Of a stretch of DNA of 49,046 bases, positions 7,458 to 15,973 are shown in pieces. Each line of letters begins with the position of its first letter. The first letter of the stretch is position 1. Source of the DNA: a virus (Duplodnaviria > Caudoviricetes); IMG/VR virus record IMGVR_UViG_3300049170_000121, positions 1 through 49,046 of that record; one strand, written 5' to 3'. Made by a program: the position numbers and the translations under genes. Below the pieces are notes generated by a model that was not told where the DNA came from, ran no database searches, and worked only from the letters and a program-made list of their open reading frames with translations.

Positions 7458-9601
7458 TACGCCATCAACTTTGCGGTCTTGAGCGAGTTCACCAGTGCGT
7501 CGAACTCGGCCTTGGTGGGGGTTGCGCCGGCCGCGAGGGCAACAGACGCGGCCCGTGCCGCACCGATGATGCCGAACGGCTCCCAGGTGCCGGGGCTACC
7601 CGATACCGTGCAGATCCACCCGGTCGCTTCAGCCGCAGCCGGGCCAGCGTTCCACACCACATCGCCAACCAGCCACGCACCGGCACTTGGCACGGCGTTG
7701 CGGTACTCGGGGAACTTGTAGCTGCCGGGGATCGGCGGAAAGCCGTTGGTGTAGGCCCGGATCGCGGCACACTTGAGCGTCACCGCCGTGTCCGTCGAGC
7801 CGGCGAGCTGGCGCATGTAGAAGGTCATCAGCTCGTTGTTCGAGCGGGGGATGTAGGTGCCGTAGAGCCGCCACCCGTTGCTGTAGGTAATCAGCAACTT
7901 GGGCGTGCAGGTTCCGCTGCCCGTGGTGATCAGCCGCAGATCGAAGTTCGTCTCACCAACCGGCTTGATGAGGAACGTCAGATAGAGGTTGGTGTGAACC
8001 GTCTCCGTGTTGCGGATCTTGAAGTTGTACGACATCTGGTTCTCGGTCGCCGCCGTACCAGCGCCGCGCGTCAGCGTCTCACAGGTGTTGCCGATGAACC
8101 CGTCGGTGGTGACGGAGATGGTCCCGCCGGCCGGAGAATGGCCGCGACCGGGCAGGCCGTAACGGTTGGAGGGCGACTCCCTGGTGGTGTATTGCTCCAG
8201 CTCGATCTCGTCGCAGGTGCCGTAGGCTGTGGTAATGCCGAACGACATCGACGAACTGCTGCCGGCGCGGTCGGTGTTCTCATCGAGGGTGATGTGCGGC
8301 GTATAGCCGTAGGTGCTGGAGCCGATGCGGGTCCCGCCGCCGTTGGCGTTGAGGCTGGCCATTTCCATGAAGGCGGGGGTGGACCCAAACGCCTCGACGT
8401 AGGGCTTCTCGACCACATGCCCGGCCGAGGAGTGCTTGTAGATCGCATTCGTGACCGACACTTCAACAGACCCGCCGATGTCCGAGCAGCCCGATACCGT
8501 CGCGCCGTCGAAGATCACCGCGTACTGGACGGTCGATTGCAGCGAGGTCGGCGGGAACTGGCTGCTGTGGGACCAGTTGCAGTTGACCGCCGAGCCGGCA
8601 GAGGTCGGACGCCAACTTAGCTGGCAGTCGCGGGTGAAGCAGTTGGTCAGGTTGTTGTAGAAGGCGTAGCCCGTGGCGAGCGTGAAGCGGAAGGCTTCGC
8701 CGTACCAGAAATTGACCACACCCACGTTCTCGAACCGCGAGTGGGTGGAGTTCTCGAAGTTGAAGCAATGCCGCGCGTTGGTGTTGACGCCGGCGATGGT
8801 GCTGCCGCCGCGACCGTCCGCCCAGCTTGTGCCGTCGAAGGCCACCGTGACCAGGAAGTTGCGCCCGACAACCGAGAAGACCGCCTTGGACAGCGAGCCG
8901 CCGGTCGCGTTGTGCTTGCCGACCATGTAGTCGCTGTTCGCCACCGCCGGGTCGAACACGAACCGGGTGCCCCAGCCGGTGCCTTCCTCGACAATGTTGG
9001 AGGGCCGGTAGAGCGTGGCCGTGGTGCGGAACACGCCCGCTGGATAGCGCAGGACGCAGCCCGCCGCGCTCGCCGTGGCAAAGTTGTTGCTGCTGCCGGC
9101 GGTGATCGCGCCGATGTGGTCGAACGCCCGCTGGCGGATGGTCGTCACATCGTAGTTGTCTGGATCGGCAAGCCAGGAAACCTTCTCTGCCGCAGTGAAG
9201 AAGTCGAAGATAGACACCACGTCCATGTTGATGTCGTGCTGCGTCCGTGGACCGGCCCCGGTGAAGTCCTTGGTGTCACCGATCAGGGCGGCTCCGGTGC
9301 TCGATGCGAGACCCGATGCGCGAACAACGCCGCCATCGTAAGGGTCGGAATCGTCCACCGTGCCATCTGGGTAAACAATCCGGCGGCGGTAGGTGACCGT
9401 GGAATCAAGATAGATGTCAGGCACTGCCGCCCCGGCTGCCACGACAATGGGGCTGGAATGTTCGGTGTCGAGCGCAGAGCTGGTGTAAACCGCCGCAGGG
9501 GTCAGCGTGCCCGTGGTGTAGAAATAAATGCTCGCACCATCGGCAATGCCGTTGCTGTCGATGAGGCGGCGCTGATCGAGCGTGTGGAAGATTGCGGCCA
9601 T
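7457..9601 (-). CDS. Tailspike / receptor-binding protein, probable beta-helix depolymerase
   Basis: N-terminal virion-binding-type domain (GASIYFYTTGT), VVSIFDF, LRYPAGVF..GTG beta-helix entry, C-terminal GDVVWN...GWIC..GTW motif. Confidence 0.85.
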   Translation of the reverse strand: MAAIFHTLDQRRLIDSNGIADGASIYFYTTGTLTPAAVYTSSALDTEHSSPIVVAAGAAVPDIYLDSTVTYRRRIVYPDGTVDDSDPYDGGVVRASGLASSTGAALIGDTKDFTGAGPRTQHDINMDVVSIFDFFTAAEKVSWLADPDNYDVTTIRQRAFDHIGAITAGSSNNFATASAAGCVLRYPAGVFRTTATLYRPSNIVEEGTGWGTRFVFDPAVANSDYMVGKHNATGGSLSKAVFSVVGRNFLVTVAFDGTSWADGRGGSTIAGVNTNARHCFNFENSTHSRFENVGVVNFWYGEAFRFTLATGYAFYNNLTNCFTRDCQLSWRPTSAGSAVNCNWSHSSQFPPTSLQSTVQYAVIFDGATVSGCSDIGGSVEVSVTNAIYKHSSAGHVVEKPYVEAFGSTPAFMEMASLNANGGGTRIGSSTYGYTPHITLDENTDRAGSSSSMSFGITTAYGTCDEIELEQYTTRESPSNRYGLPGRGHSPAGGTISVTTDGFIGNTCETLTRGAGTAATENQMSYNFKIRNTETVHTNLYLTFLIKPVGETNFDLRLITTGSGTCTPKLLITYSNGWRLYGTYIPRSNNELMTFYMRQLAGSTDTAVTLKCAAIRAYTNGFPPIPGSYKFPEYRNAVPSAGAWLVGDVVWNAGPAAAEATGWICTVSGSPGTWEPFGIIGAARAASVALAAGATPTKAEFDALVNSLKTAKLMA

Positions 9602-9620
9602 TTACGGGTGCCCCATATGG

Positions 9621-9646
9621 AAACGGCGGCCCTTGGGGACCGCCGC
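9621..9646 (-). terminator. Possible intrinsic terminator upstream of tailspike
   Basis: Minus strand CGGCGG-TCCCCAAGGG-CCGCCG followed by only TTT. Confidence 0.4.
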
Positions 9647-9667
9647 GTGGTGTGTTATGTCTGTGGT

Positions 9668-9811
9668 GTGAGAGAGCTTATTCAGAGTTGGCCACTGGCC
9701 GACCAAGCCGTCGCAGTGGCGCTCGTTGCCGCCGTCCTTGTGGTGCCGTTCTTACTTGTCGCTGTCAGCAAGCAACTGGACCGCATCATCGAACTTCTTA
9801 CGCGAAGATGA
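9668..9811 (+). CDS. Small single-TM protein (47 aa)
   Basis: MRELIQSWPLADQAVAVALVAAVLVVPFLLVAVSKQLDRIIELLTRR; GTG start shortly after TGTTATGT. Confidence 0.55.
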   Translation: MRELIQSWPLADQAVAVALVAAVLVVPFLLVAVSKQLDRIIELLTRR

Positions 9812-9927
9812 AGATATGGCACGCCCTGCTAGTGGTTGGGCTGGTCTTCTGGCTGATCCCAACGCGGGCGCAGCGCCTTGCCCTATTTGCTTTATTGATC
9901 GGGGTCGTCTGGCCCCTCGCCTGGTGA
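9808..9927 (+). CDS. Small hydrophobic membrane protein (39 aa)
   Basis: MKIWHALLVVGLVFWLIPTRAQRLALFALLIGVVWPLAW; ATGA-coupled to previous ORF. Confidence 0.55.
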   Translation: MKIWHALLVVGLVFWLIPTRAQRLALFALLIGVVWPLAW

Positions 9928-12708
9928 AGCCGCCACGTTGCCGACTTTGGGCAGGTTGTCATTCGCCGCCCGCGTAAACAGGCCGATCTCATTGGCGATG
10001 GCCGGTTCCGCGCGGGCGATGCCCGCTAGCTTGCCGACATAAGCCCTCTGTGCTGCTGGATTAGCGGTCTTCGGAGCACCAGCCAGCCACCGCGCGAAGC
10101 GAGGCGAGGCCATCAGCTTGCCAACCGAGTACTGCGCCGCGCCGCCACCGATTGCTGCGAGTGGGTTAACCCACCACAGAAGCGGTGAGATAGCCACCTG
10201 AACGCCGATAGCCCTCGCCGTGTTTGATGTGTTTGCCGCCGCGCCCGCCTGCTTCACGCCGCGCGAGACGACCGCCAACTTGTTCAACGCATCAACCGTC
10301 TCTGGCGGAAAGGCCGCGCGGCGGGCTTGCGGGCTAAGGTTGTTCCAGTTGGTCAGGAATGTGTTGAACGAAAACCCCGTGCCATCCACAATCTCCGCCG
10401 CACCCTTTGTCGGCTGCCCCATGCGATTGATGAGTGTGGCGGCAACCGAACGTGTCTCACCCTTGGGCATGGCCTGGAACAGTTGGCGCAGCCGCGCGCC
10501 GTTGCCCGTCTTGGGGTTGGCCATATTTTCAAGCGCGGTGACAATCTGCTCGCCGCTGCGAGGGGCGTTCTTGCCAAGGATAGGTTCTAGTACATCGTCA
10601 ATGGTTTCAACGCGCTTCTTCCAGAAGGCATTGGCGGTTTTGAGCGCCCCGGCTGCGTTCTGTTTGCCTGCCGCTGCAAGGCCGTCGTACATGTCGCCAG
10701 TGGCCGCCTCCAGAATGTCTCCGAACACCTTGTCTGTGGCAGAGCCGCGCAGGCCCCGTTCGGTCAGGCTTTCACGAAGGGCGGTGCGGGTCTGGCGGAT
10801 GCCTTCAATCTCGAACTTACCCGCAGCCATCTTGTCGCGCAGGCTCTTAACGTCCTTGTAGAGTTGCCCCTCCGTGCCATCGACACTCTTGCCTAGCTTC
10901 GCCAGCCATTCGTCGGCCTTCGCCACAGCTTGCGGGAGCGGCAGAGCCTCGCCGTCAGCCATACGGTCAGCGCGGGTGTAGAGTTTGCCCCCGATCTCCG
11001 ATGTGCGCCGCGAGTAGACGTTGGCGGCCTTCCGCACGACTTCGCCGGCCTGGTCGTCGGGAAGCGCCTGTCCTGTGGCAGAGGAAATGCGGCTGCGAGC
11101 TTTGCCGCCAGCGTCCTCCATTGCGCCGACAGCCTTGGCAATCGGGGCGTCCGAAATGAAGCCCTGCCGCGCTCCTGCCGTCACTGCCCGCGACACCGGC
11201 CCGCCGGTTACAGCGGGGATCGTCGGGATGCGGAGATCGTCCGCCGACTGCTGCACCTCGGCCCCGGCCACACGAGCGGGCGAGCGGCGGTTTGCCAGCG
11301 TGTTGCCGATAGCCTGCCCTCCAACGGCGAGCGTACCGCCTGCGACTGCGCCCAGCGCGGCATTGGTCACGCTACCTTCCAGACCCTCGCCGTAGCCAAA
11401 GCCGCCAACGCCGCCGACCGTTGCGCCTTCGATGCCTGCGGAGCGGGTCATCTGTGACTGGACTGCGCCGCGCGTTACCGGAGCACCGCGAGCGGCCACG
11501 GAACGCCCGGCGGACAGTGCGTTGCCGATGCCGGAAGTGATCCGGCCAAGCCCGCCGCCGCCTGCCACCTCTGCGACGGTTCCGCCCCAGCCAAGCTTGT
11601 TGCGTGCCTGATCGATGCGGTGCTGTTCAGTGTCCCTGCCGAGTTGGTAATTGCGCTGGATACTGCCGAGACTCAGATCGCCCTTGAGCGCCCCGCTAAT
11701 AATCTGCCCAATGCCGCTGGCTTCATCAGTTAGGCCAAGCGACATGCCATGCCGGGCAAGGTCTGCAACGCCATATTCACCGGTGATGTCATTCAGGCGG
11801 TCAGCCTCATTGAGAACTGCTGGATCTTCGCCGGGCGCTGCCGCGAAGTGGCCCAACTGATTGCCTTGAGCATCGAACCCGGTCCCGCCCTGCGGCCCGA
11901 GCGGGTTCCCCTGCTCGTCGTAAACCTCTTGGCCCCACAGGCCGCGCGACTGCTCGGCGGACGTGGCGTCGCCTTCCTCGCCAGCTTGCGGCAGCTGGAT
12001 GCCCGAAACGGCGGCCATCCGAGACTTCACCTGCTCCCACGCGGCAAGCCTTTGTGCGGCGGGAACGGTCGGATCGGCAATGTTGCCAACACGCTCAACG
12101 ATAAACTCGCGGTCGCTGTTCGAGATTTGCGAACCGAGGCTGCCCCCCGTCATCTGCAACGTGAGGTCGCTGGCAATCGTCTTGAGCTTGCCGATGTCCT
12201 CCATGCCATCGGTGGCGTCGCCGGTAACGAAGCCATAAGCACTTGCCGCCGCGCTTTGAAGCCCACCGCTGGTGGAGCCGCGAATGAGATCGGCAACGGG
12301 ATCGTCCCCCGTCTCGATGTTCACCCCCGCAGCCGTCAGTAGCGAAAGAGCGTTCCTCGCGTTCTCGGAGGACTTATCGGCCTTACTTCCGGGGATCACA
12401 GAAGCGCTGCCGTCCGGGTTGAGGCGATACCCTTCCCCTGGGTTCGGCTTGCCGGGCTTGGGCTGGTTCTGCGGCGCGGTCGGATCAGCGGGACCGCCGG
12501 GGATGGGCAACAGCCCGCCGGGGCCGCCCTGATATCCACTCGGCGGATCATACCGAGGCTCGGGCTTCGGCGTCCCCGGAATGAATGCAGGGGGGCTGCT
12601 TGTGGTGGGCGCTGCGGGCGCGGCTCCGCCAGCGGGGGTCCACTGGCCGTTGCGGAGGACGAGCTTTTCGCCTGTCTGCGGATTGGTCGCGGTAGGTTCA
12701 AGCGCCAT
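9892..12708 (-). CDS. Large DNA ejection / internal virion protein
   Basis: 938 aa, Ala/Gly-rich and helical; ATNPQTGEKLVLRNGQW N-terminus; last of three genes at the P22 7/20/16 position. Confidence 0.8.
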   Translation of the reverse strand: MALEPTATNPQTGEKLVLRNGQWTPAGGAAPAAPTTSSPPAFIPGTPKPEPRYDPPSGYQGGPGGLLPIPGGPADPTAPQNQPKPGKPNPGEGYRLNPDGSASVIPGSKADKSSENARNALSLLTAAGVNIETGDDPVADLIRGSTSGGLQSAAASAYGFVTGDATDGMEDIGKLKTIASDLTLQMTGGSLGSQISNSDREFIVERVGNIADPTVPAAQRLAAWEQVKSRMAAVSGIQLPQAGEEGDATSAEQSRGLWGQEVYDEQGNPLGPQGGTGFDAQGNQLGHFAAAPGEDPAVLNEADRLNDITGEYGVADLARHGMSLGLTDEASGIGQIISGALKGDLSLGSIQRNYQLGRDTEQHRIDQARNKLGWGGTVAEVAGGGGLGRITSGIGNALSAGRSVAARGAPVTRGAVQSQMTRSAGIEGATVGGVGGFGYGEGLEGSVTNAALGAVAGGTLAVGGQAIGNTLANRRSPARVAGAEVQQSADDLRIPTIPAVTGGPVSRAVTAGARQGFISDAPIAKAVGAMEDAGGKARSRISSATGQALPDDQAGEVVRKAANVYSRRTSEIGGKLYTRADRMADGEALPLPQAVAKADEWLAKLGKSVDGTEGQLYKDVKSLRDKMAAGKFEIEGIRQTRTALRESLTERGLRGSATDKVFGDILEAATGDMYDGLAAAGKQNAAGALKTANAFWKKRVETIDDVLEPILGKNAPRSGEQIVTALENMANPKTGNGARLRQLFQAMPKGETRSVAATLINRMGQPTKGAAEIVDGTGFSFNTFLTNWNNLSPQARRAAFPPETVDALNKLAVVSRGVKQAGAAANTSNTARAIGVQVAISPLLWWVNPLAAIGGGAAQYSVGKLMASPRFARWLAGAPKTANPAAQRAYVGKLAGIARAEPAIANEIGLFTRAANDNLPKVGNVAASPGEGPDDPDQ

Positions 12709-12948
12709 TTAGCGGCCCCCTGGCTCGATATGGACGTGGTCGCCCTCGTTGATGACTTGCAGGCCGGGGTTCAGGCGGCGCAGTTCGGCTGCGTAGGCGT
12801 TCATGCTCATCCCGCGCGGCGGGACACTATCGACCGCCAGCGGCTTGCCATCGACACCCTTGCGAGTGTGGTAGCTGTTAGGAACGCCGCCGACGCGCTT
12901 GTTGTGTTCCGGCGTCCGGTAGGTTGATGTCACGCCACTTTGGTTCAC
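12709..12948 (-). CDS. Peptidase M15A-like Zn peptidoglycan hydrolase domain (possibly a frameshift extension of the upstream gene)
   Basis: TSTYRTPEHNKRVGGVPNSYH...AVD...DHVHIE; no well-spaced SD. Confidence 0.8.
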   Translation of the reverse strand: MNQSGVTSTYRTPEHNKRVGGVPNSYHTRKGVDGKPLAVDSVPPRGMSMNAYAAELRRLNPGLQVINEGDHVHIEPGGR

Positions 12949-12952
12949 GCCT

Positions 12953-13693
12953 CTAGGGGCGAAAGGTGCCCGGCGCGGACGCCGGACCTCCTTCATCCAG
13001 AACGAACCCCGGAGGTGGGGCCGGGATGTTGCCAAAGTTCTGCGGCTGACCGCCCTCTTGGATTGGCTGCCCGAACTGGAACCCAGCAAGGCCAGCCTCG
13101 CCAATCGGCGTGTATTTCGGCTGCTGGAACTGCTGATATTCCTTCATCTGCCCAGCCTTGGCGACCACCGAGTTGAGTGTTTGCGGATCGTACTGACCGA
13201 GGAATTGCCCCAGCCCGTCGAAGCCCATCTGCATTCCCTGCTGGATGTAGGCGTCCCATGCGGCGGGCTGTTGCTCGGGCGGAAGCTGCACAATCTGAAA
13301 GGCCGCGTTGGAGATGAACTCGTAACCCTCCAGCGCCTTGTCTGCCTGCCGGTCGTCCAGTTTGATGGCTGTGTCGAGATCCACGCCCCACAGCCCTAGG
13401 AGCGCCCCCTTGTCGCCCTGTGCGGCCCTTGCGGCGAGCTGGCGGGTCTGTTCCTCAAGCTGCGTCTTGCGCACCGTTTCGGCCCGCTCGTTTTCGTACT
13501 GGCCGAGCTTGATCCCCATTTCAGGATCGTGCTGCGCAACCATCGCCGCGCCTTGTGCACTCGGGTTCTGTGCATACTGCGCCAGCGCGTTACGGGTTTC
13601 CAGCTTGCGGCGCTGGTCCATGCCTTCCTGGAACGATTGCTGGATGCCCTGCCCGATGGCGTTGGGGTTCATCAGCCCCGCGAGCACGTTCAT
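12953..13693 (-). CDS. DNA ejection / internal virion protein
   Basis: Gln/Ala-rich helical protein, PPPGFVLDE motif, synteny. Confidence 0.75.
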   Translation of the reverse strand: MNVLAGLMNPNAIGQGIQQSFQEGMDQRRKLETRNALAQYAQNPSAQGAAMVAQHDPEMGIKLGQYENERAETVRKTQLEEQTRQLAARAAQGDKGALLGLWGVDLDTAIKLDDRQADKALEGYEFISNAAFQIVQLPPEQQPAAWDAYIQQGMQMGFDGLGQFLGQYDPQTLNSVVAKAGQMKEYQQFQQPKYTPIGEAGLAGFQFGQPIQEGGQPQNFGNIPAPPPGFVLDEGGPASAPGTFRP

Positions 13694-14607
13694 AGTCCGG
13701 TCCCCCGCAGGTTCATTCCGAAGCCGGCAGCGCCGCCGCCCATTCCGCCCATTCCGCCCCCGTAAGCGAGGCCGCCCATGACCCCGCCCAGCGCGTTGCC
13801 GATGCCCCCGATCATGGCGTTGGAATTGTTGGCCCGTGCCACCGCTGAATTGGCGAGGTTGTTGCCCTGCGCGATGGCGAGATTGCCGGTGTTGTTGGCA
13901 TAATTGGTGTTGACGCCGGACATCGCATTGGCCGCCCCGGCGGTGAGCATCTGCTGGTCGCCAAGATAGCCCATGTAATTGCCGAACTCGGCGCTCGCCA
14001 TGCCCTGCCGGTAGTCATCGAGGCCTTTCAGGGCAGCGCCCGATTGCAGCACGCCCGCCCCGGCGAACCCGGAGTTAAGCGCGTCCATGCCTTCGTTCAC
14101 CCGGAACTGGTAGCCGGTGGAATTGCGGAACATGTCGAACGCATCGCTGGCGGCGGCCTGCGGGCTTTGCCCCGGCTGTGCCGCTTGCGCCTGCTGTTGC
14201 TGCTGTGTGGGCTGCTGCTGCATCGGCACACCGCGCGGAACCGTGTTCCAGCCCATCCTGTTGAAGCCCGGTTCGCCGCCCAGCGCGTTGAACGGGGATT
14301 GTTGCATCGGCTGCTGCGTCGGGAATGAATGCTGCGCCGCCTGTTGCGGAGCCTGCACCCCGCCAAGCCCAAGCAGGGCGTTGCGCGCGTTGATCGCGGG
14401 CATCCCGGCGTTGTAGATCGGCTGTTGCAACGCAAGGTTCTGCTGCCGCGCCTCGCGCTGTGCGGCGACCGCCTCGGTGTTGGATTGCGTCTGTGCCGCC
14501 GTGGCCTTGTTGATCGCCTTGCTGTTCTTGGAGCCGGCGATAGCACTGCCAACCCCGCCAATCACGGCAGAGCCGATCAGGGCGGTGCCCATGCTAATTC
14601 CTACCAT
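13690..14607 (-). CDS. DNA transfer (pilot) protein, P22 gp7-like
   Basis: Gly-rich hydrophobic N-terminus; STGYQFR..EG...SGAALK motif; synteny. Confidence 0.8.
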   Translation of the reverse strand: MVGISMGTALIGSAVIGGVGSAIAGSKNSKAINKATAAQTQSNTEAVAAQREARQQNLALQQPIYNAGMPAINARNALLGLGGVQAPQQAAQHSFPTQQPMQQSPFNALGGEPGFNRMGWNTVPRGVPMQQQPTQQQQQAQAAQPGQSPQAAASDAFDMFRNSTGYQFRVNEGMDALNSGFAGAGVLQSGAALKGLDDYRQGMASAEFGNYMGYLGDQQMLTAGAANAMSGVNTNYANNTGNLAIAQGNNLANSAVARANNSNAMIGGIGNALGGVMGGLAYGGGMGGMGGGAAGFGMNLRGTGL

Positions 14608-15029
14608 CAGAGTTTCCTTATGAAAGTCCGGTCGAACGGTTCGTAACCGAGCCGGCGGTAGATCTTCGCCGTGCGCTCTGGCTCCATGCCTTCGATTGCC
14701 ATCATGGCGCTGTGGGTCGCTCCAAGCGCCTCAGCTTGCTTGTGGGCAGCATCGAGCAGCCTGCGCCCCTCCAGCCCCTCGGAACGCCAGAAAAGCTCCT
14801 GAAACACGACACAGGAGGAATTGAACGGGTGCGGATAAACCAGCCCGCCAATCATGCTTTTCTCACCCAGCAGCAGGATGCCGTTGTCGTTCTCGATCAT
14901 GCTGGTGAGCAGAGCCTCGACGCTGGCGTCGTCCCAGCCCACCTTTTCGGTGACCCCGGCTTCGTCGGCAAACCTTCGCCCCATCTCCATGACCGCCGGA
15001 ATGTCCGAAAGCGTGGCCGGGCGGATCAT
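14607..15029 (-). CDS. GNAT-fold protein at the P22 gp14 position
   Basis: MIRPATLSDIP...ELFW...GRRLL...IYRRLGY; ATGA overlap at 15026-15029. Confidence 0.75.
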   Translation of the reverse strand: MIRPATLSDIPAVMEMGRRFADEAGVTEKVGWDDASVEALLTSMIENDNGILLLGEKSMIGGLVYPHPFNSSCVVFQELFWRSEGLEGRRLLDAAHKQAEALGATHSAMMAIEGMEPERTAKIYRRLGYEPFDRTFIRKL

Positions 15030-15973
15030 TCGGTTGTCGCGCTCGCTGTGCCGGAATAACTCAGCGTGTGGGTCCCGCTGGCGTTGCGCAGCAGCAGTTG
15101 CAGCTCGTAATTGCTGGAGGCGGTCAGGCCCGTTATCGTCTGGTTGATGCTGATTGCGCCGCTGGTTGACGTGCCCGACGAATCCACTTCCGCCGCCAGC
15201 CCGCTTTGTACTTCGGCCCCGGCGTCGATCCATGTGACATCGCCCGAAAGCCGGTATTGCCACTTCCCGTATGCGTGGTAGCTGCCCGCGCTGCCGTCGC
15301 TCAGGAACTCCAACGGAGCGGCAAGGTCGATCTCGCCGCTGGCTCCGCACGCCAGGGTCAGAACCCCCGCGTTGGCGCTGCCGTAGCTGGCCGAATTGGT
15401 CGCCGTGATGGACGAGTCATAAACCGATTCCGAACCACCCCCACTCGACGGCGGCGGGTCAGCCAAAACCCTGTTCACCACCAGGATACGGCTGCGGCTG
15501 ATGTCCTCATAAACCGAGGTGATCTGGACCACCGACGAGCTTTCCAGCGCGGTGATGTTGACGATGCCAGTGGCCGCGCCAATGGTGTAAGTGATGCCGC
15601 CGGAAAGGGTCGTCGCGGACCATGTGGCGCTGGTCGTGACATCCGTGACCCCGTCATACCGCGTCGCCGCCACGTTGCGGGGAAGCTGCCCGGAAAGCAC
15701 AACCCCGGTGTGATCGGCGTTGACCGTCAGCGGGGCGATGTCGGGCGTGACTGTGTTGCCAAGGTTGAGCGCTGCCGCGATGTCCTCCAGCATTGCCGCC
15801 TGTTCCGCTTGCACGGCAGCCAGGTCAGCAAGGATCGTGTCTTGCGTGGCTTCCTGCGTTTCGATCTTGCTCATCACAGACTGCCACCAGCGTTGCAGCG
15901 CCAACAGCGGCTTGCCTGCGCCGTCCACAATCGCTTCGCTGCGAGGAAGGCGGGGAAGGCGGAACTCAGCCAT
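15026..15973 (-). CDS. Tail needle-like protein (gp26 position) with C-terminal beta domains
   Basis: N-terminal IVD..GKP...QRWW plus coiled coil, then Ser/Thr-rich beta region; follows the gp10-like gene. Confidence 0.6.
   Translation of the reverse strand: MAEFRLPRLPRSEAIVDGAGKPLLALQRWWQSVMSKIETQEATQDTILADLAAVQAEQAAMLEDIAAALNLGNTVTPDIAPLTVNADHTGVVLSGQLPRNVAATRYDGVTDVTTSATWSATTLSGGITYTIGAATGIVNITALESSSVVQITSVYEDISRSRILVVNRVLADPPPSSGGGSESVYDSSITATNSASYGSANAGVLTLACGASGEIDLAAPLEFLSDGSAGSYHAYGKWQYRLSGDVTWIDAGAEVQSGLAAEVDSSGTSTSGAISINQTITGLTASSNYELQLLLRNASGTHTLSYSGTASATTE

Noticed and set aside
12959-13104. Independent 131-aa M15A ORF starting at 13104
   Set aside because: The N-terminal part is an off-frame shadow of the ejection gene; peptidase-like sequence begins only after the CCC-TAG
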